A DNA stretch of 64,000 nucleotides, from NCBI GenBank assembly GCA_030704615.1, contig CM060733.1, positions 12,400,001-12,464,000 on the forward strand, given 5' to 3'. The position numbers and the translations under genes are program-made. Origin of the DNA: Takakia lepidozioides (lineage: Eukaryota; Plantae; Bryophyta). Below, in pieces: positions 39,234 to 52,090 of the stretch; position 1 is the first letter of the stretch; each line of letters begins with the position of its first letter. A model generated the notes under the pieces. That model had not been told where the DNA came from. It worked only from the letters and a program-made list of their open reading frames with translations, and searched no databases.

Positions 39234-42200
39234 ATGGAGGATGCTTGTGCAAAGGGTGGAGCAGACTGGTTGCATTTCATGCACAAGTCCAGGCTAAAGG
39301 AGCGAAGGTACTGGTACTCACCTGAGGAGTATGATGCGAAAATAGTCGAAGCATTCTTAGACCTCCGCGCAATCAAGCCTGCAGACTCCAACTGGCAGAA
39401 TGATAAGCTCCACTGTCCATTCTGTAGTGAAATTATCAAGGACAAAGTGCAACTAAACCGCCATTGTGTTGACACGGGTTGCAAAAACAAGTGTTATATC
39501 CCACCTGGCTTCAAGCCGTGGCCAGTTCAAATATCAATGAGGGTGGTGAATGCGGCCACCGCTAGACTCTGTGGTGCAAACCCAAAGGCCCCCACTTTGG
39601 CGGAGGTGCGCGCACGGTATGGGGTGGGTTCAAATGTTTCAATGCAAGATGTGCATGACCTGACATCGCCATCGCTTGTGGCTCCCAGAAAAAGGAAACT
39701 TAGTTATGGGGCCCAAAAGAAGGAAAAAGAAAAGGCTGCAAGGTCTGCTCGGTATGTCGGGAGGCAGAGGGCGAAATCTCAACAGACAGACTCGTCTGCA
39801 GACATCAAGAATTCGCAGTCTGGGAAGTTTCATGGACTGTGCCAGGGAGACGGTCTACGCAGCAGACGTAGACCATCAGTACTTCGAGTGAGAGCCAGTC
39901 TGCTGAGCCGTCTGCAGACATCATTGGGAATGATGAATTCGCAGGTCTGGGAGGTGTCTCATCTCCCGTCGACATTGTCTTGCCTGACCAGTCGAGGGTT
40001 CACGTGGACGAAGTCCAGTCAAAATAGACTACCAGTGGAGTCTATCCTGGCACATTGCGCCTCATACCATTTGGGTTTCTCCCATCGGTGTGCCCACCAG
40101 TGGACGATCCAGACTTCTTCCGTTTTTTCTACAGTTTCGCCCAGTCCGGACAGCTCAGCAGAACCATCCAAGTAGCGGAGGAAAATTGGTTGAGCTCCCT
40201 TGAAGATGAGGAGGACGTCTGTGTCGACGACGACGACGACGAGGTGATGCCCAGTCTGTTTCCACAGTTGGTGTCTGTTTCATAGAGTCTGCTGGTTCAG
40301 TCTACCTGCTCGGTCTGTTGCATCAATCTGCTTGTGGACTTGCTGGTCAGTCCCATGCTTGTGGACTTGCTGGTCAGTCCCCTGCTTGTGGACTTGCTCG
40401 TAAGTCCCTGGAGTCCGCTGGTTCCATTGTTCTGTGCCACGATGCTGGTGAGTCTGCTCATGAGTCTGCTCGTGAGTCTGCTACTAGTGAGTCCGATGCT
40501 GAGTTTTTGGGTTTTCTGTCATATACGAGGATGAACGAGCCAGTATTCGGGAGGCCTTGTGTGCTTGGCGGACGGTGAGCTCCGACCCTCCTTTAGCAGT
40601 GAATGCGATGCGCCGGGAATTGGAGCGGGTGCGGGAGTACATCTTGTTTAAGTACCCTGGTTCAGCAGACGCTATAGCAGCACTGGATTCTACAGACAAA
40701 ACACTCGCCAACTCCCCGGTCAACACCATACTCACTGTAGACTCGGTGGACACAGACCTCACCCAATCTCGCATCCAGCAGACTCTTGCCCAACAGACTC
40801 TTTCCCACCAGACTCACAGTCAGTGCAGTCTTGTCCAGCACACTCCCATGTACCAGACTCTCGTCCAGCATACTCCCATCCAGCAGACTGTTTTGCAGAC
40901 TCCCAGCCCGCAGACTGCTATTCAGGAGACTCCCAACCAGCAGACTGCCACCCAGAAGACGCCCATCCACCACACTCCCATTGAGCGGACTCCCAGCCAG
41001 CAGACTCTCATTGTCACGACCACCACGGGACTTTTTGGAGTTTGGCGCTCGCCATTGCCGCTCATTGATCCCGAAACTGTGGACCTGACACTTGCCCGTC
41101 TGAGGGTGGGGGAAGTCAATGCCAATGTGGATTGGTATAATGAGCTCCATCACATTGTCACGGACGGCCGGTGGCCTTTTGTTCCCTTTCATTATTCCAT
41201 GGAATTTACTATGGCAGAAGCGAATGAAGTCCTCGAAAGCACACATTCTGTGGCCCTGGCAGCCACGAAGGTCCAAAATGCCCCGCCACTGCTTGTCCAA
41301 TTAATCCTCATGGATGACCCACGGCCTCAGGAACTCAGACATATGCCCATGGCACATCCCACCTTTGGGGTGCGGGGAAAGCACTTGCTTGGAATTACTG
41401 AAGAGTACTTTGATCGCATTGCTAATTCTTTCCTTCACCATCGATGGATGCAGTTCGGCAATTTCCGTTCATACAGTAATTGGTAAAGGACCTGCAAAGT
41501 TTGAGGAGTATTTGTTTCATTCAGATTCGGATGCGGGTAAGAAGAGTGTTGTGTGAGGCGTTGCAATGGTTTGCTGCGGTAATGGAGCGAGCAGTGTTCG
41601 ATATTGTGTTGAACACCGGATGTGTTCAAAGTCCTATGGTGCGGCTCCCCATTTGAAAACCGCATGCCAGCGATTCGCCATCTCGATGGAGCATGCTTGG
41701 ACGCCAAATCCAAGATATTGGTCTCATTGGCAACCTCCTAGAAGGTAATGCCGACTTCTTCTGGACCGTTGTGAAGTTCATGGTCTTTTCTTCCACCATC
41801 CTGTCAGACTCACTTTGTCCAACTCATCTGTTTCAGGAATGTCCAATTTAGACGAGCACGTGCAGTGTGCTTTCGATTCCCTTGCCAGAGGTGCACGAGA
41901 TGTTGTGCTGGCGTTACAAGGGACTCCATGACACCGTTCAGCAGACTGTGACGACGCCATTGCGCTCAGCAGACTGACCCACTGCAACAAAAGAGCATGG
42001 ACAGACTGTCAACACTATCCCAAGCCACTGTTCAGGAGAGTGGGCGCACTACAGGCCACACCGAGGACGAGGAGACTCATGAGCAGACCGGCGAGCAGAC
42101 TGAAGGACTGCCTCTGCACCAGACCGTGCAGCATACCGATGACGTCGCTGTCAAGCAGACCGTCCACCATACCAATGAGCAGACCGGGCTGCAGACGATG

Positions 42201-44992
42201 ACCTGGCTGTGCACCAGCAGACTGTGCAGCATACCATTGAGTCGAACGTCCAGCAGACTGAAAGCAGTCACCACAATGACAGTGCCCTGCAGACTGTCCA
42301 GCAGATTCACGACCACACTGACTCGGAGGACCCAACTACACTTCCTGTCCACCAGTCTGGATCCTGGCTCGTTGAACAGAGTCGGCTGCACTGGCCTCAA
42401 CGGGACCCTGTCTCTGAATTTGTGGGAGTTTCTATCAGTGCATTGACGGAGTCTTCTTTTCCCGCCGGGCCATCTTCACATATTGGCGCATCGTTTGAGG
42501 ATATAAGCCGGGCACCGGTAAACCATTCTTCTCCAGTGACCCATGGCCTGCCAACTATTTCCATTCAGCTCAGCCCGGTTTTGGTTCGTTCGCTTGCGAA
42601 AGCTATAGATGATGTTACGTGATTGATCGCAATATGGGAACTCAACCCCGTATCATTGACCTTACTGAAGAACTAGACGATGTAGTTGCCGCGGATAATT
42701 TAGATGTCGGCGGTAGTCAAGCTTTTTCTGCATCAGACCCTGAAGACACAGTTGACTTGCAAGTTGATAGATTGATCCCCCTCCCTGCAAGAGCAGACCG
42801 ACCACGAGAGTGACCACCAGGCTGAACAACAGACTGACCAGAGCAAAAAGCAGACTGAGCACCAGACTGACCAGACTGAGGACAGTGAGCAGCAGACTGA
42901 CGCTGAACATGGTCCTTTGAAGGAGGGCCAACATGCCGTTCGCCCCGCCCACGAGAGTGTCCACCAGACTCGACAGCAGACTGACCAGAACGGCGAGCAG
43001 ACTGAGCACCAGACTGGCCAGACTGAGGACACTGAGCAGCAGACCGATGCCGAACATGGACAGACTAAGCAGCGAGCAGACCATAGCGGCAAGCAGACTG
43101 AGCACCAGGCTAACCGCTCTGAGCAGCACAGACAGATTGACGTTCAAGCAGGGGAGCAGTCTGCCCAGTCGCTTCCTTCCAATGACGCCGTACAGGTTGT
43201 GCCCTGCCGTCTTCCACCTCTGTGATTTCAGATTTATGTTCAATTTCTGTGTATTGACAGGATCTATTGTACCTACAGGACTTGAGGACACCGTTTCCCT
43301 CCCAGGCAATTCCACAACCCGCCAATGTTGCTCACGTTGGCTCCACAACCAGAAAATGTGGCTTACTTACAACGCCAACAGATGCACGGATTAGTTCAAC
43401 GCATGCAACCCGTGAGGCTGCCAATACAGGTCCTGCAAGTGTGAACAAGCCTGCAGACACAGTCGTCTTGCGAAGCAGGACCGCATCACTTCGTCAGTCT
43501 GCTGAATCGAACCCGGCCACAGTAGTCGCCGAATCCCTGGGCACAAGTAGAGCAAAGAAGCGGACTGTCGTGGAGCAGACTCAGGAAATTCGGGAGGTTC
43601 CTGTTGCCAAGAAACCTGCGAAGAAAGGCAAGTCCGCTGTCTTCATGAACAAGGATCGCAAAATGGCATTGGATATGGACAAGGAAGTGGTTCTTCAGCG
43701 AGAAATGCACCAGTGAGTAGTTCTCCCAGTCTGCTGAGTCTGGTCACTCCAGTCTGCTTAGAAGTGTGAGTCTGCTCAATCCGCTCGATCTGGTGAGTCT
43801 GGCGAGTCCGCTCAGTCCGCTCGGTATGGGCAGTCTGTTGAATGGAGTCAGTCCGCTCAGACCGTTGCGTACATGGGTTTTCACTCAAGGCCGTGGTCTG
43901 TGTGCAGGTTGGGTTCTCGTTTTGCCGCGGCCCTGCGACGGAATGTCGCGGCCGGCAATTGCATGGTTCACTTTTATGAAGGCGACCCCCGGTATGAGTG
44001 CTCCATCGGGCCTCCGGACTTGAAGCCACTTGAGACGGTGGAGTCGGAGTGCACAGATAGAATGCTGGAGCTGTGGTGTCGTTTCTATGAGAAGACGGTT
44101 GAAGACAAGTACTCAAGTATTGTTGCTTTTCTGCCAGCCTCAACGTGGTCTCGTATGATGACACATTGGGACGGGCCACGGGAAAAACTAGTGGAGTATT
44201 TGCATTCTTGCTGGAGCGTCCCTCGGCTCGGCAAAGACATAAAATACTGCCATCATATAATCGTTCCGATTGTGGAGGAATAAGATCTCGCATACCCAGT
44301 CTGTTCTGTCTTTTGAATGAGGACAGTCTGCTCGGTCTGCCCACTCAGCCCTGAGTCTGCTCAATCTGCCGAGTCTGCTGAGTCTACTCATTATGCCGAG
44401 TCTGCTGGGTGATGAGTCTTCTGAGTCTGTTGAGTCGTGACTCTACCGAGTCGGCTGAGTATAGTGGAACCTGTGCAGTGTGGGAGTATGTAGAGTCTGC
44501 TGGAGAGGCAATTGGAGTGGTCTGCTGAGTGGACTGATGCCGTGAGACTCATGAGATTCGTCTTGCAGGGCGCACTGGAGTGTTGTTGTCATCAACGTGC
44601 GGAAAGGCTGCTACACTCACATGAACTCCATCGAGTCTTTGCATGGTTGCCCATATGTTTTGTCATGGATACGGAAGCTGCATGCGGAGTGTTTAGGCTA
44701 CAGTGTTGATTCACCGGGTTGGGAAGAGGTTAGGGCATTTCAGTTCAACCAGCCTGAAGTGCCCCAACAGCCATTCAGCTGGGAATGCGGGTTTTACGTC
44801 ATGTCCTTCATCCAAGGAAATTATGAATGGCTACAAACTGGGCATACTCGAACCTCTTCTAAAAGGGCAGAGAGAGGAGTACCTTTCACGAAACACTGGT
44901 TTACGTTCAAGTTTGCACTTGGCCAATGGATGCAGTGTCTTAAGTACATCTTGACTGGTTTGAGTGCTGCCGAGAAAGCAGTATCCTCATAG
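39234..44992 (+). pseudogene. MULE accessory gene or genes, degenerate: N-terminal Cys/His domain, Gln/Thr-rich repeats, C-terminal Ulp1-like (peptidase C48) domain
   Basis: MEDACAKGG..HCPFC..LNRHC; long ORF 40557-41486; C-terminal HHIIVPIVE|AHWSVVVIN..HMNS..VPQQPFSWECGFYVMSFI (His, Asn, Gln, Cys catalytic pattern). Several frameshifts and stops, and a donor mutated to ATAAGA at ~44280. Confidence 0.7.
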
Positions 44993-45892
44993 ATATCCAT
45001 CTGGGTCCGAGATTAGAGGTGCACCATAGGACGCATTTGTCATGTAAGCATGCTTTTGAGCATTTGCAACGAAATAAAATATGACTTTGTATACATATCA
45101 TATTGGTTGCATATGAGTGCAGTGTGGAGTAGTCGCTGTAGATTTGTGACCAATTCACTACATGCTGTTAAGCGGACTTACCTCTGCACACACAATCATT
45201 TTGTTTAACATACCAAGGGAGTCCACGGGTCAGCAAACAGTCGAGAGTCAGTAGACTGCCAGAGTACAGGAAGAGGGTATGCCTAGGCTTGTGAGCAAAC
45301 AGATGGCAATGTCGCCAGACTGACGAGAGTCCGACAGACTGAGGAGTTGGGACCAGTCTGGCAGACTGGCAGATGCGATTGGGAACCATGAGTCTGCATT
45401 GGTGAGCAGACTGTCGAGAGTCACCGGAGTGGTATAGTACAGGCGGATGACATTGGCCAGTAAACTGCCAAGTCTGGTCAGCAGAGTAAGGAGAGTCCAC
45501 CGTGCTGAGAATGGCCAGTCTAATGGGTAGACCGCATGAGGCTCACTGGTCAGCCAGGTGTAGGCACGTTCAGAACCGGGAGACTGGTCTGCTCAGGAGA
45601 AGGCTGGCACAGCAGACTGTTTGAAGACTGAGTCCCAGCCTGGTACAACAGACTGATTCAAATACCAGAAGAGTGGTTGAGCAGACTGGTTCAGACACCA
45701 GAAGACTGGTTGAGCAAACTGGATCAGACGGTAGAAGACTGATTGAGCAGACTGGTTCAGACGCCAGAAGACTGGTTTACCAGGCTGGTTGGCAAGCAGG
45801 TTGGACGTCTGGTGCACATGCAATCGTACCGCCGAAATTTTATTTCATGGGGAGAATGATACTGTACCATTTCTTACATTTCCTACTCTACT

Positions 45893-48800
45893 TTAAAACT
45901 GGTATACGGTCTGCGACTCTCCGGATTGTGGAGTATATGTGTGCTGCAGGTGTTGGGGCACCAACCCTCTTCCCTGTCTTGCGTAAGACCCTGGGTCGCG
46001 TTTTCCATGCCTCAACGAATCCCGTTTCCTTTTCAGCGACATATTGTTGTTGTCATTTACAGGACGGAAGCTCTTTGTTGCCGCAGGGTGCAGCATTCCT
46101 GCAACACTCTTGGCAAGAATATCAACAAGCTGCCCCCTACAGATACGAAGAGAAGACAACACATGTTTCTGCAGGTATTTGTCGTCCCCAACAATGCGAA
46201 GTATGTCTGCAAATTCTTCATCCATGGAGGATCGTACAAGGACAGGCTCCGTATCATAGGGGAAATCATTTGTGGAAGGGCCCTTTGTTGCATTTCCCAA
46301 ACCCTCTTCGTCGCCGACACTTGCATGAACCCTAAACACATTATGCAATCCTCCATGAATGGTTCCCAGCGTCGTGCCACAAGCGCGCACTATGAGTCCA
46401 TCCTGCACGTGTGGATGAAGCAACTTCAGGACTCGGACTTGATGATTACACAAATTGCCTTTCATTGCCCATGGGCAAGTGCAAGAAGCCCATTTGCATC
46501 CGGGGTTGTAAACAATGTAAATTGTGTTTGGGTGATTGGTGCTTAGAACATAGGCTGGTTGCCCAGGATGGAACGGAAGAGTGACATTGCAAGCTAAGAT
46601 ATCGCGTGCCGCAAGCACAGAACTAGACATGTACTTCTCCTGTTTGTCATTCCTTTTGAATCCGTGCGTCTTCAGGTGAATTGCATACCAGTAGTGTGTT
46701 AGCACACGGCCTGTGAGTTCCCATATCAATCCACTCTACGCCTAGTCATTTTGCCTTTCCTCATCCTCAGTCTTGCCTTCAAGTTTCCATGGTATGCCTC
46801 AATGCTAGCATTGGTGTCTTGACTGGCATGCGGAACATGGCGAGCTGTTGTACACCACATTGCTATTTTAGGACGCCATTCCTTATCGACGTAGTCCAGA
46901 AATTAATGTCCATTCAGATATTTCTTTCTCATGCGTCGGAGCGTTGTTGCTACCCATGCAAGACCTTCTTTGGGATTGATTGGTCCACCTCTACAGTACA
47001 TGAGGTATCCCATATCTTTTAGCAAGTTTGCGGCAGTGATAGGATCTTTGGTTTTCGCACATAATTGCTTCACCCAACCCCGCCAGACATGCCAAAGACA
47101 CAGGAAAATTAGCACTCCTCGAAAAACAGCCCTGCAAAGTACACATGCCCACATGAGAGACTTCAAAGAGGACTTGGCCGGTGGATTTGGGCACTAACCC
47201 AGTAGACTGTCTAGTTGACTGGTCTGCCCGTCTGTTCCAAACGGATTCAGGCAGCAGACTCGCCCACTCTGACCTGCCATGAGTGTTGCCCTCACGACAC
47301 CGCCAGCAGACCTGACCACGCTGACCTCGCAGTGGACTTACGTAAGTGAGTCTTGCAACGGACTTGGCCAGACCGGACTAGGTTGCCAGCAAACTTCCGA
47401 ACAGTCCCCTCCGGCGGACTCGCCTGCCAGCGGACCAGAGTAAGGTCGCAACAGACTGGCGCACGTGAGTCTTGTAGCGGACTGCTGGCGAACAGTCCCC
47501 TCCGGCGGACCTGCCTGCCAGCGGACTTGCTGGACCAGACTGAGGTCGCAGCAGACTAGCGCACGTTAGTCTTGCAGCGGACTACTTGCGAACAGTCCCA
47601 TCCGGTGGACTCGTCTGCGAGCGGACTTGCTCGACTAGAGTGAGGTCGCAGCAGACTGGCGCACGTGAGTCTTGCAGCGGACTGCTTGCGAACAGTCCCT
47701 CCGGCGGACCTGCCTGCCAGCGGACTTGTTGGACCAGACTGAGGTCGCAGCAGACTAACGCACGTGAGTCTTGCAGTGGACTGCTTGCAAACAGTCCCCT
47801 CCGGTGGACTGGCTTGCCAGTGGACTTGCCCTTAGGAGACCAACAGCAGACTTACCCAGACGTTGCTGGCAGCACACCCGAGTAGACTGACCTTGCAGCG
47901 TACTTGCGCAAGTGAGTCGTCCAGCGGACTTCGCTAGAGGACATTACCAGCGGACTGGTTTGCCAGCAAACTTGCAGAAATGAATGGGCCAGACTTGCAG
48001 CCAAGACTGCGTTGTATGGCAGGGGACTTGCCGAAGAGACAGACAATGGACGCAGACGACGGACTTGCACGCGAGTGTACATGAGGGTACGTGAAACTTA
48101 CGTAATGGCGTTTATTTCGGCGTCGGCATCGTCCACAATGAAGGCATTGGGTGGCCAGTCCGACATTTCTGCGAGGAGAGAGTCCCGCAAGGCTGCCATC
48201 CACGGCACCAGGTCTGTTGTCCGCTCACGCGCGCATATGATGTATGCAACTGGTATACCGTTAAGCCACTCGTCGAAGATCATCAACGTGTACAATGGGA
48301 ACTGTTCAAATGCAGAATGTCAGATGCTGCCAGTGTGCGTACATCCACTACTTCTACAAGTGGATAAATTGTGAAAGGGATGAAGAGTACCTTGTGGTGA
48401 TTTATCCCGAAGGTTGCATCACATGCAACGATACGGGCATGGCCTAATTGAAGCATTCGCTTCTTCTGCCACTCAGTTTGTATGCCGATTGTGAATGTTA
48501 AGCCGCCATTGTAGTGCTTTCCTCTCGATAGAAGAAGACCGATTTTGGGTTCTGGTCTTTCCACATGCGGACACTTTCCGCATCGTTGGCATGTTTTTTG
48601 AACGTTTGCCACGCCCGTTTCTCGGCCAGGTTGCGCACATCCTGCTCTAGCAAAAAATCGTCTCGTGTCCATGCATCCCCCAACCCGGTGTTGTTCATGA
48701 CGTGCTCTTTATGTTCCATCATGATTTGGGCGACTGACAGGCCTCGGCACAGACACTCCATGACCCATGCTTCCTCGCTACTGTGTGGTGCGTAGGCGTG

Positions 48801-49549
48801 GCGAGTGTTCCTGAACTCAACGGACTTCCCATGACAGGGGTTCCCTTTCGCGTCTGTATGCTCCATATTGTTGTAGTACGTGAGGACACAAATGTCGGGG
48901 GTGAAATAACATTGCTGGACCTTGAAACAGCACTGGCAACCACGCTTGTAAGACTCTCCATATTTCGACTTCTTTCTCTTTGGGCCTTTATGAGGGTGAG
49001 ATGTTCCAGCACCCAGAAGCGGTCCTCCACGTTTCAGTTTCGGATCCTCCACTATCGCATTGTTGGTGCGCTTGTCATCAGGACCATAGCAGCATTGATA
49101 CCTGGACATAAAAATCACAATGGATATCCATCGACTTCTGGAAGCATGAAATCACAGAACGTGGGTACGAAAAATGGCATTAGGCATGCAATCAGATTAC
49201 AAAAGGACGATGAGGATGGAGCACACATGATACTGTTCAGAGAACTGTTGGCTCTCGGCTCTTTTAGCATGCCGGGTTGCACTTTAATATGGACATTCAC
49301 CCAAAATTGAGTGGAGTAGTCCACCAAACTCTCCTCTCCAAGGAGAAAGTCATCAACTCTATCCCACGGTATGCAGGCCTTCAGAACATTCTGTCTAGCA
49401 CCCATATAACCATATTGCGTGTCTCTCTTCCATTGGAGAACCTTCCTGTTGAAGGGTCCTGGTTTGGGTGTTTGCAAACTTTGTCGAAGAGGCCGTATAA
49501 TCCAACATCCCGTTTTTAGTATATCATCACCTTCTGCTTCCACGTCCAT
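45893..49549 (-). pseudogene. MULE transposase with SWIM zinc finger, spliced, inactivated by at least 3 lesions
   Basis: DDE-type motifs VACDATFG, FIVDDADAE and DTNASIEAYHG; LCLWHV; SWIM CTCPWAMKGNLCNHQ. Frameshift at ~48500, stop at 46903, stop or frameshift at ~46727; intron 47132-48101. Confidence 0.88.
47400..47830. repeat. 100-bp tandem repeat (~4.3 units) in the transposase intron
   Basis: Units start gcacgtgagtcttg.. at 47461, 47561, 47661 and 47760, with a partial unit before. Confidence 0.92.
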
Positions 49550-49845
49550 GCCCTGTACAGTACAGAGGACACGCTTCAGAACCTGCAAGAAACGCGCCGC
49601 GGTACACTGGACACGATGGACAACGTGCAAGGAGCATCAGTGCACACGTTCGCGGCTGCTGGCAAGTGGCAAGCGGCAGGGATAAGGTTTCAATTCATGC
49701 CCTAAAAATGGAGGGCTCAGATGACATTTGCGAACGGACGGTCCAGATGCGGCATCATCAGTGGACTGGAGGAAAGCGGATACATGGGCGGCGGACTGGC
49801 GGGCACACTGTTGGGTGGACTGGCCGGGACTGGCACAACGGACTG

Positions 49846-50254
49846 ACATGGAAGGCGCGGATGGGTTTCTCAGAATGGACGATCCAGATCCTTCGGCTGG
49901 CGCGCAGACTGGCACACTAGGGGGCAGCAGACAGGCACAGCGGACTGTTGGGTGGACTTGCGGGGACTAGCACAACGGACTGGTGTGCACAACAGACTAG
50001 CCGGCAGACTGGCGGTTTGGCGGACTGAGGGGAACTAGACTCACGGGCAGCGGACTGGCGGGCAAACTGGCCGCGCCGGACTGGGGGCGCGGCGGAGCGT
50101 GGGCGGGGCTGGTGGGGCCGCGGCAGCAGGTGGGCAACCGCGCGCAGCGGCGGGCGGGGGGGTCCGGGTGGGGGGAGCCGGGCGTCCGTGCGCGGGGCCC
50201 ACCGATCAGCTCGCGCGTGCGCCATAACGTCCCAATTATTGTAAAATGAGAGGC
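49846..50254 (-). repeat. Right TIR of the MULE
   Basis: Inverted copy of 35141-35504. Confidence 0.9.
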
Positions 50255-51401
50255 GTGTCGAAACCAGCCCTTTTTTTTAGGCGAAAAATATCCAAAAAGC
50301 TACAAATAAAATATGGAGTTGCCATAGTTGTATAAAAATATGGGATGAAAATACTTTGGTGGAGCCAGCTACATAGGGAGTCGGAGCCAAAACCCTTCGT
50401 TATATAGGCTTGGCGCCTTTATTTTTTTATCTCAATTTTGTAACTATAGCCAGATCTATCGAGGTATCAAAAAACTCCGACTCCAAATTGATCCTATGCG
50501 CTCTATGCTCTTCCCCGCAAGCCAAAATCGCCTTGTACTGTAGAAGATCCAGTACAACAATGACATTTATTTGTTCAGATGGGATTTTTTTGGCATGAAA
50601 CTAACGCATCTCATTGTTGAGGCACACAAATTTTTATTTTTTTTTCTCCTTTACACCTTGTAACACAAAGTCAAGCCTATTGCACCCATGCTATGAGGAA
50701 TCCACACTACTGCGCCAAAGCCAGATGCGGTGAGGCTCAACTCAAGAAGGAGGAGCCACACCGCGTCTGCCGTGAAGATTATAAACCCTCCAGGGCCTGA
50801 CATGAACTTTGGGCACTGGATTGACACTTGGGCAACACTCAAGTGTCAATACATAATCATCTAGTTATTGCCTAGCCAGTTTCACACTTAGCTACAGTGA
50901 ACTAGATAATTTCATACTAACTAGTAAATTAACTCGTTTCACATTAACTAGTGAACTAATTAATTTAACTAGTATTAAAATCCACTTGACACACCAAAGA
51001 CTAACAAATCTTTTTAGATATAAGCCAAAACAATGTAGTTTGTAGCTGTGTTGAGACCATGGTGTTATTAAGATGAGAGGTTGTACCTGTAGATCACTCA
51101 ATTAGTTATAGATTAGAAACAAATGAAATAGAAATTAAATTTTTTAAAGAATTGTGATTGACATTTTCACTTAGATGAGCACAATATGCCTTATGAGTAG
51201 AAACTATTTGGAGTCAACATGTTCCCCAATTTTACGCCTATAATACAAATGGTCTTTGTACATGCAGCATTTATTCTCCATCTATTCATCTACAAGATTT
51301 CGTTTGCTGATGCCCAAGTTTTTAATCATCTTGGGCAGGACTTGAATCTCAATTGTTTCCCGAGTTTGAGATCTTGTTGGAACCATTGTTGTACTGGTAT
51401 A

Positions 51402-52090
51402 TAGGGTTAACCCGGGTATCAATAGTGGGTATCAACTCGGTATGAGAGAACCTACCAAGTGACGGCCACAATGACGGCCAGGATAGACCAGTATTACCCT
51501 ATTTCAGGCGTCACCCTACCATACTCATATTGATACCTCTAGTGAATGCAAAGCGAGATACCAGGTTCAAAGACCCGATTTCCTTTCTTGAATCCTGGGT
51601 AGGGTCTTGCGATACACTAACACACATTCTAGGGAAGGGTGATGGCTGTGTAGAGGGAACCTTTGGGTGGCGGATTGCAGTTAGGGTGAGAGATTTGTAG
51701 ATTTGGAGTGGTTTTGTAATTGCAGCTGTGATTACACCAAGGACGGCGGTGGCAATGGACAAATCGTTGCTATGGCTCTGTATGTATTGGAAACCCTTGA
51801 TGTCACATGGAATTCAGCCCATCTGTTGTGAGAATAAACTTCATACCGGGTTAATATCTGCCTGGTATTGCACAATTCCAAACCCTATTATTGATACCAC
51901 ATACTGGTTCTTGCGAAAAGCAATACTTATACCAGTATTCTATTTCAGAAATCCTTGTTCTGCAATACCTAGGGCCATACCAGTGTTCACATTTCAAAAA
52001 AAATCAAGCCCCCGACCCCGGTTGGTATGTTAAAAACTCAATACCAGTTGGGAACGTCCGATTCCTGATTACCGGATATTAAAATCTCTA
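51402..52090. mobile_element. Possible hAT-type non-autonomous element
   Basis: TAGGGTT.. and ..AATCTCTA termini, dense GGTAT/ATACC subterminal motifs at both ends; no convincing 8-bp TSD. Confidence 0.4.

Larger units (their letters stand above)
35141..50254. mobile_element. Complete 15.1-kb Mutator-like element (MULE) with long TIRs and a 9-bp TSD
   Basis: TSD GTGTCGAAA at 35132-35140 and 50255-50263; termini GCCTCTCATTTTACAATAATTGGGAC... inverted at both ends; internal MULE/SWIM transposase. Confidence 0.95.

Noticed and set aside
42662-43348. 228-aa hydrophobic Leu/Ser/Val ORF resembling a membrane protein
   Set aside because: Antisense reading of the CAGACT (Gln-Thr) repeats.
47400-47830. 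Regularly spaced repeats as a CRISPR array
   Set aside because: Whole 100-bp units repeat with no unique spacers, no cas genes, and the context is a eukaryotic intron.
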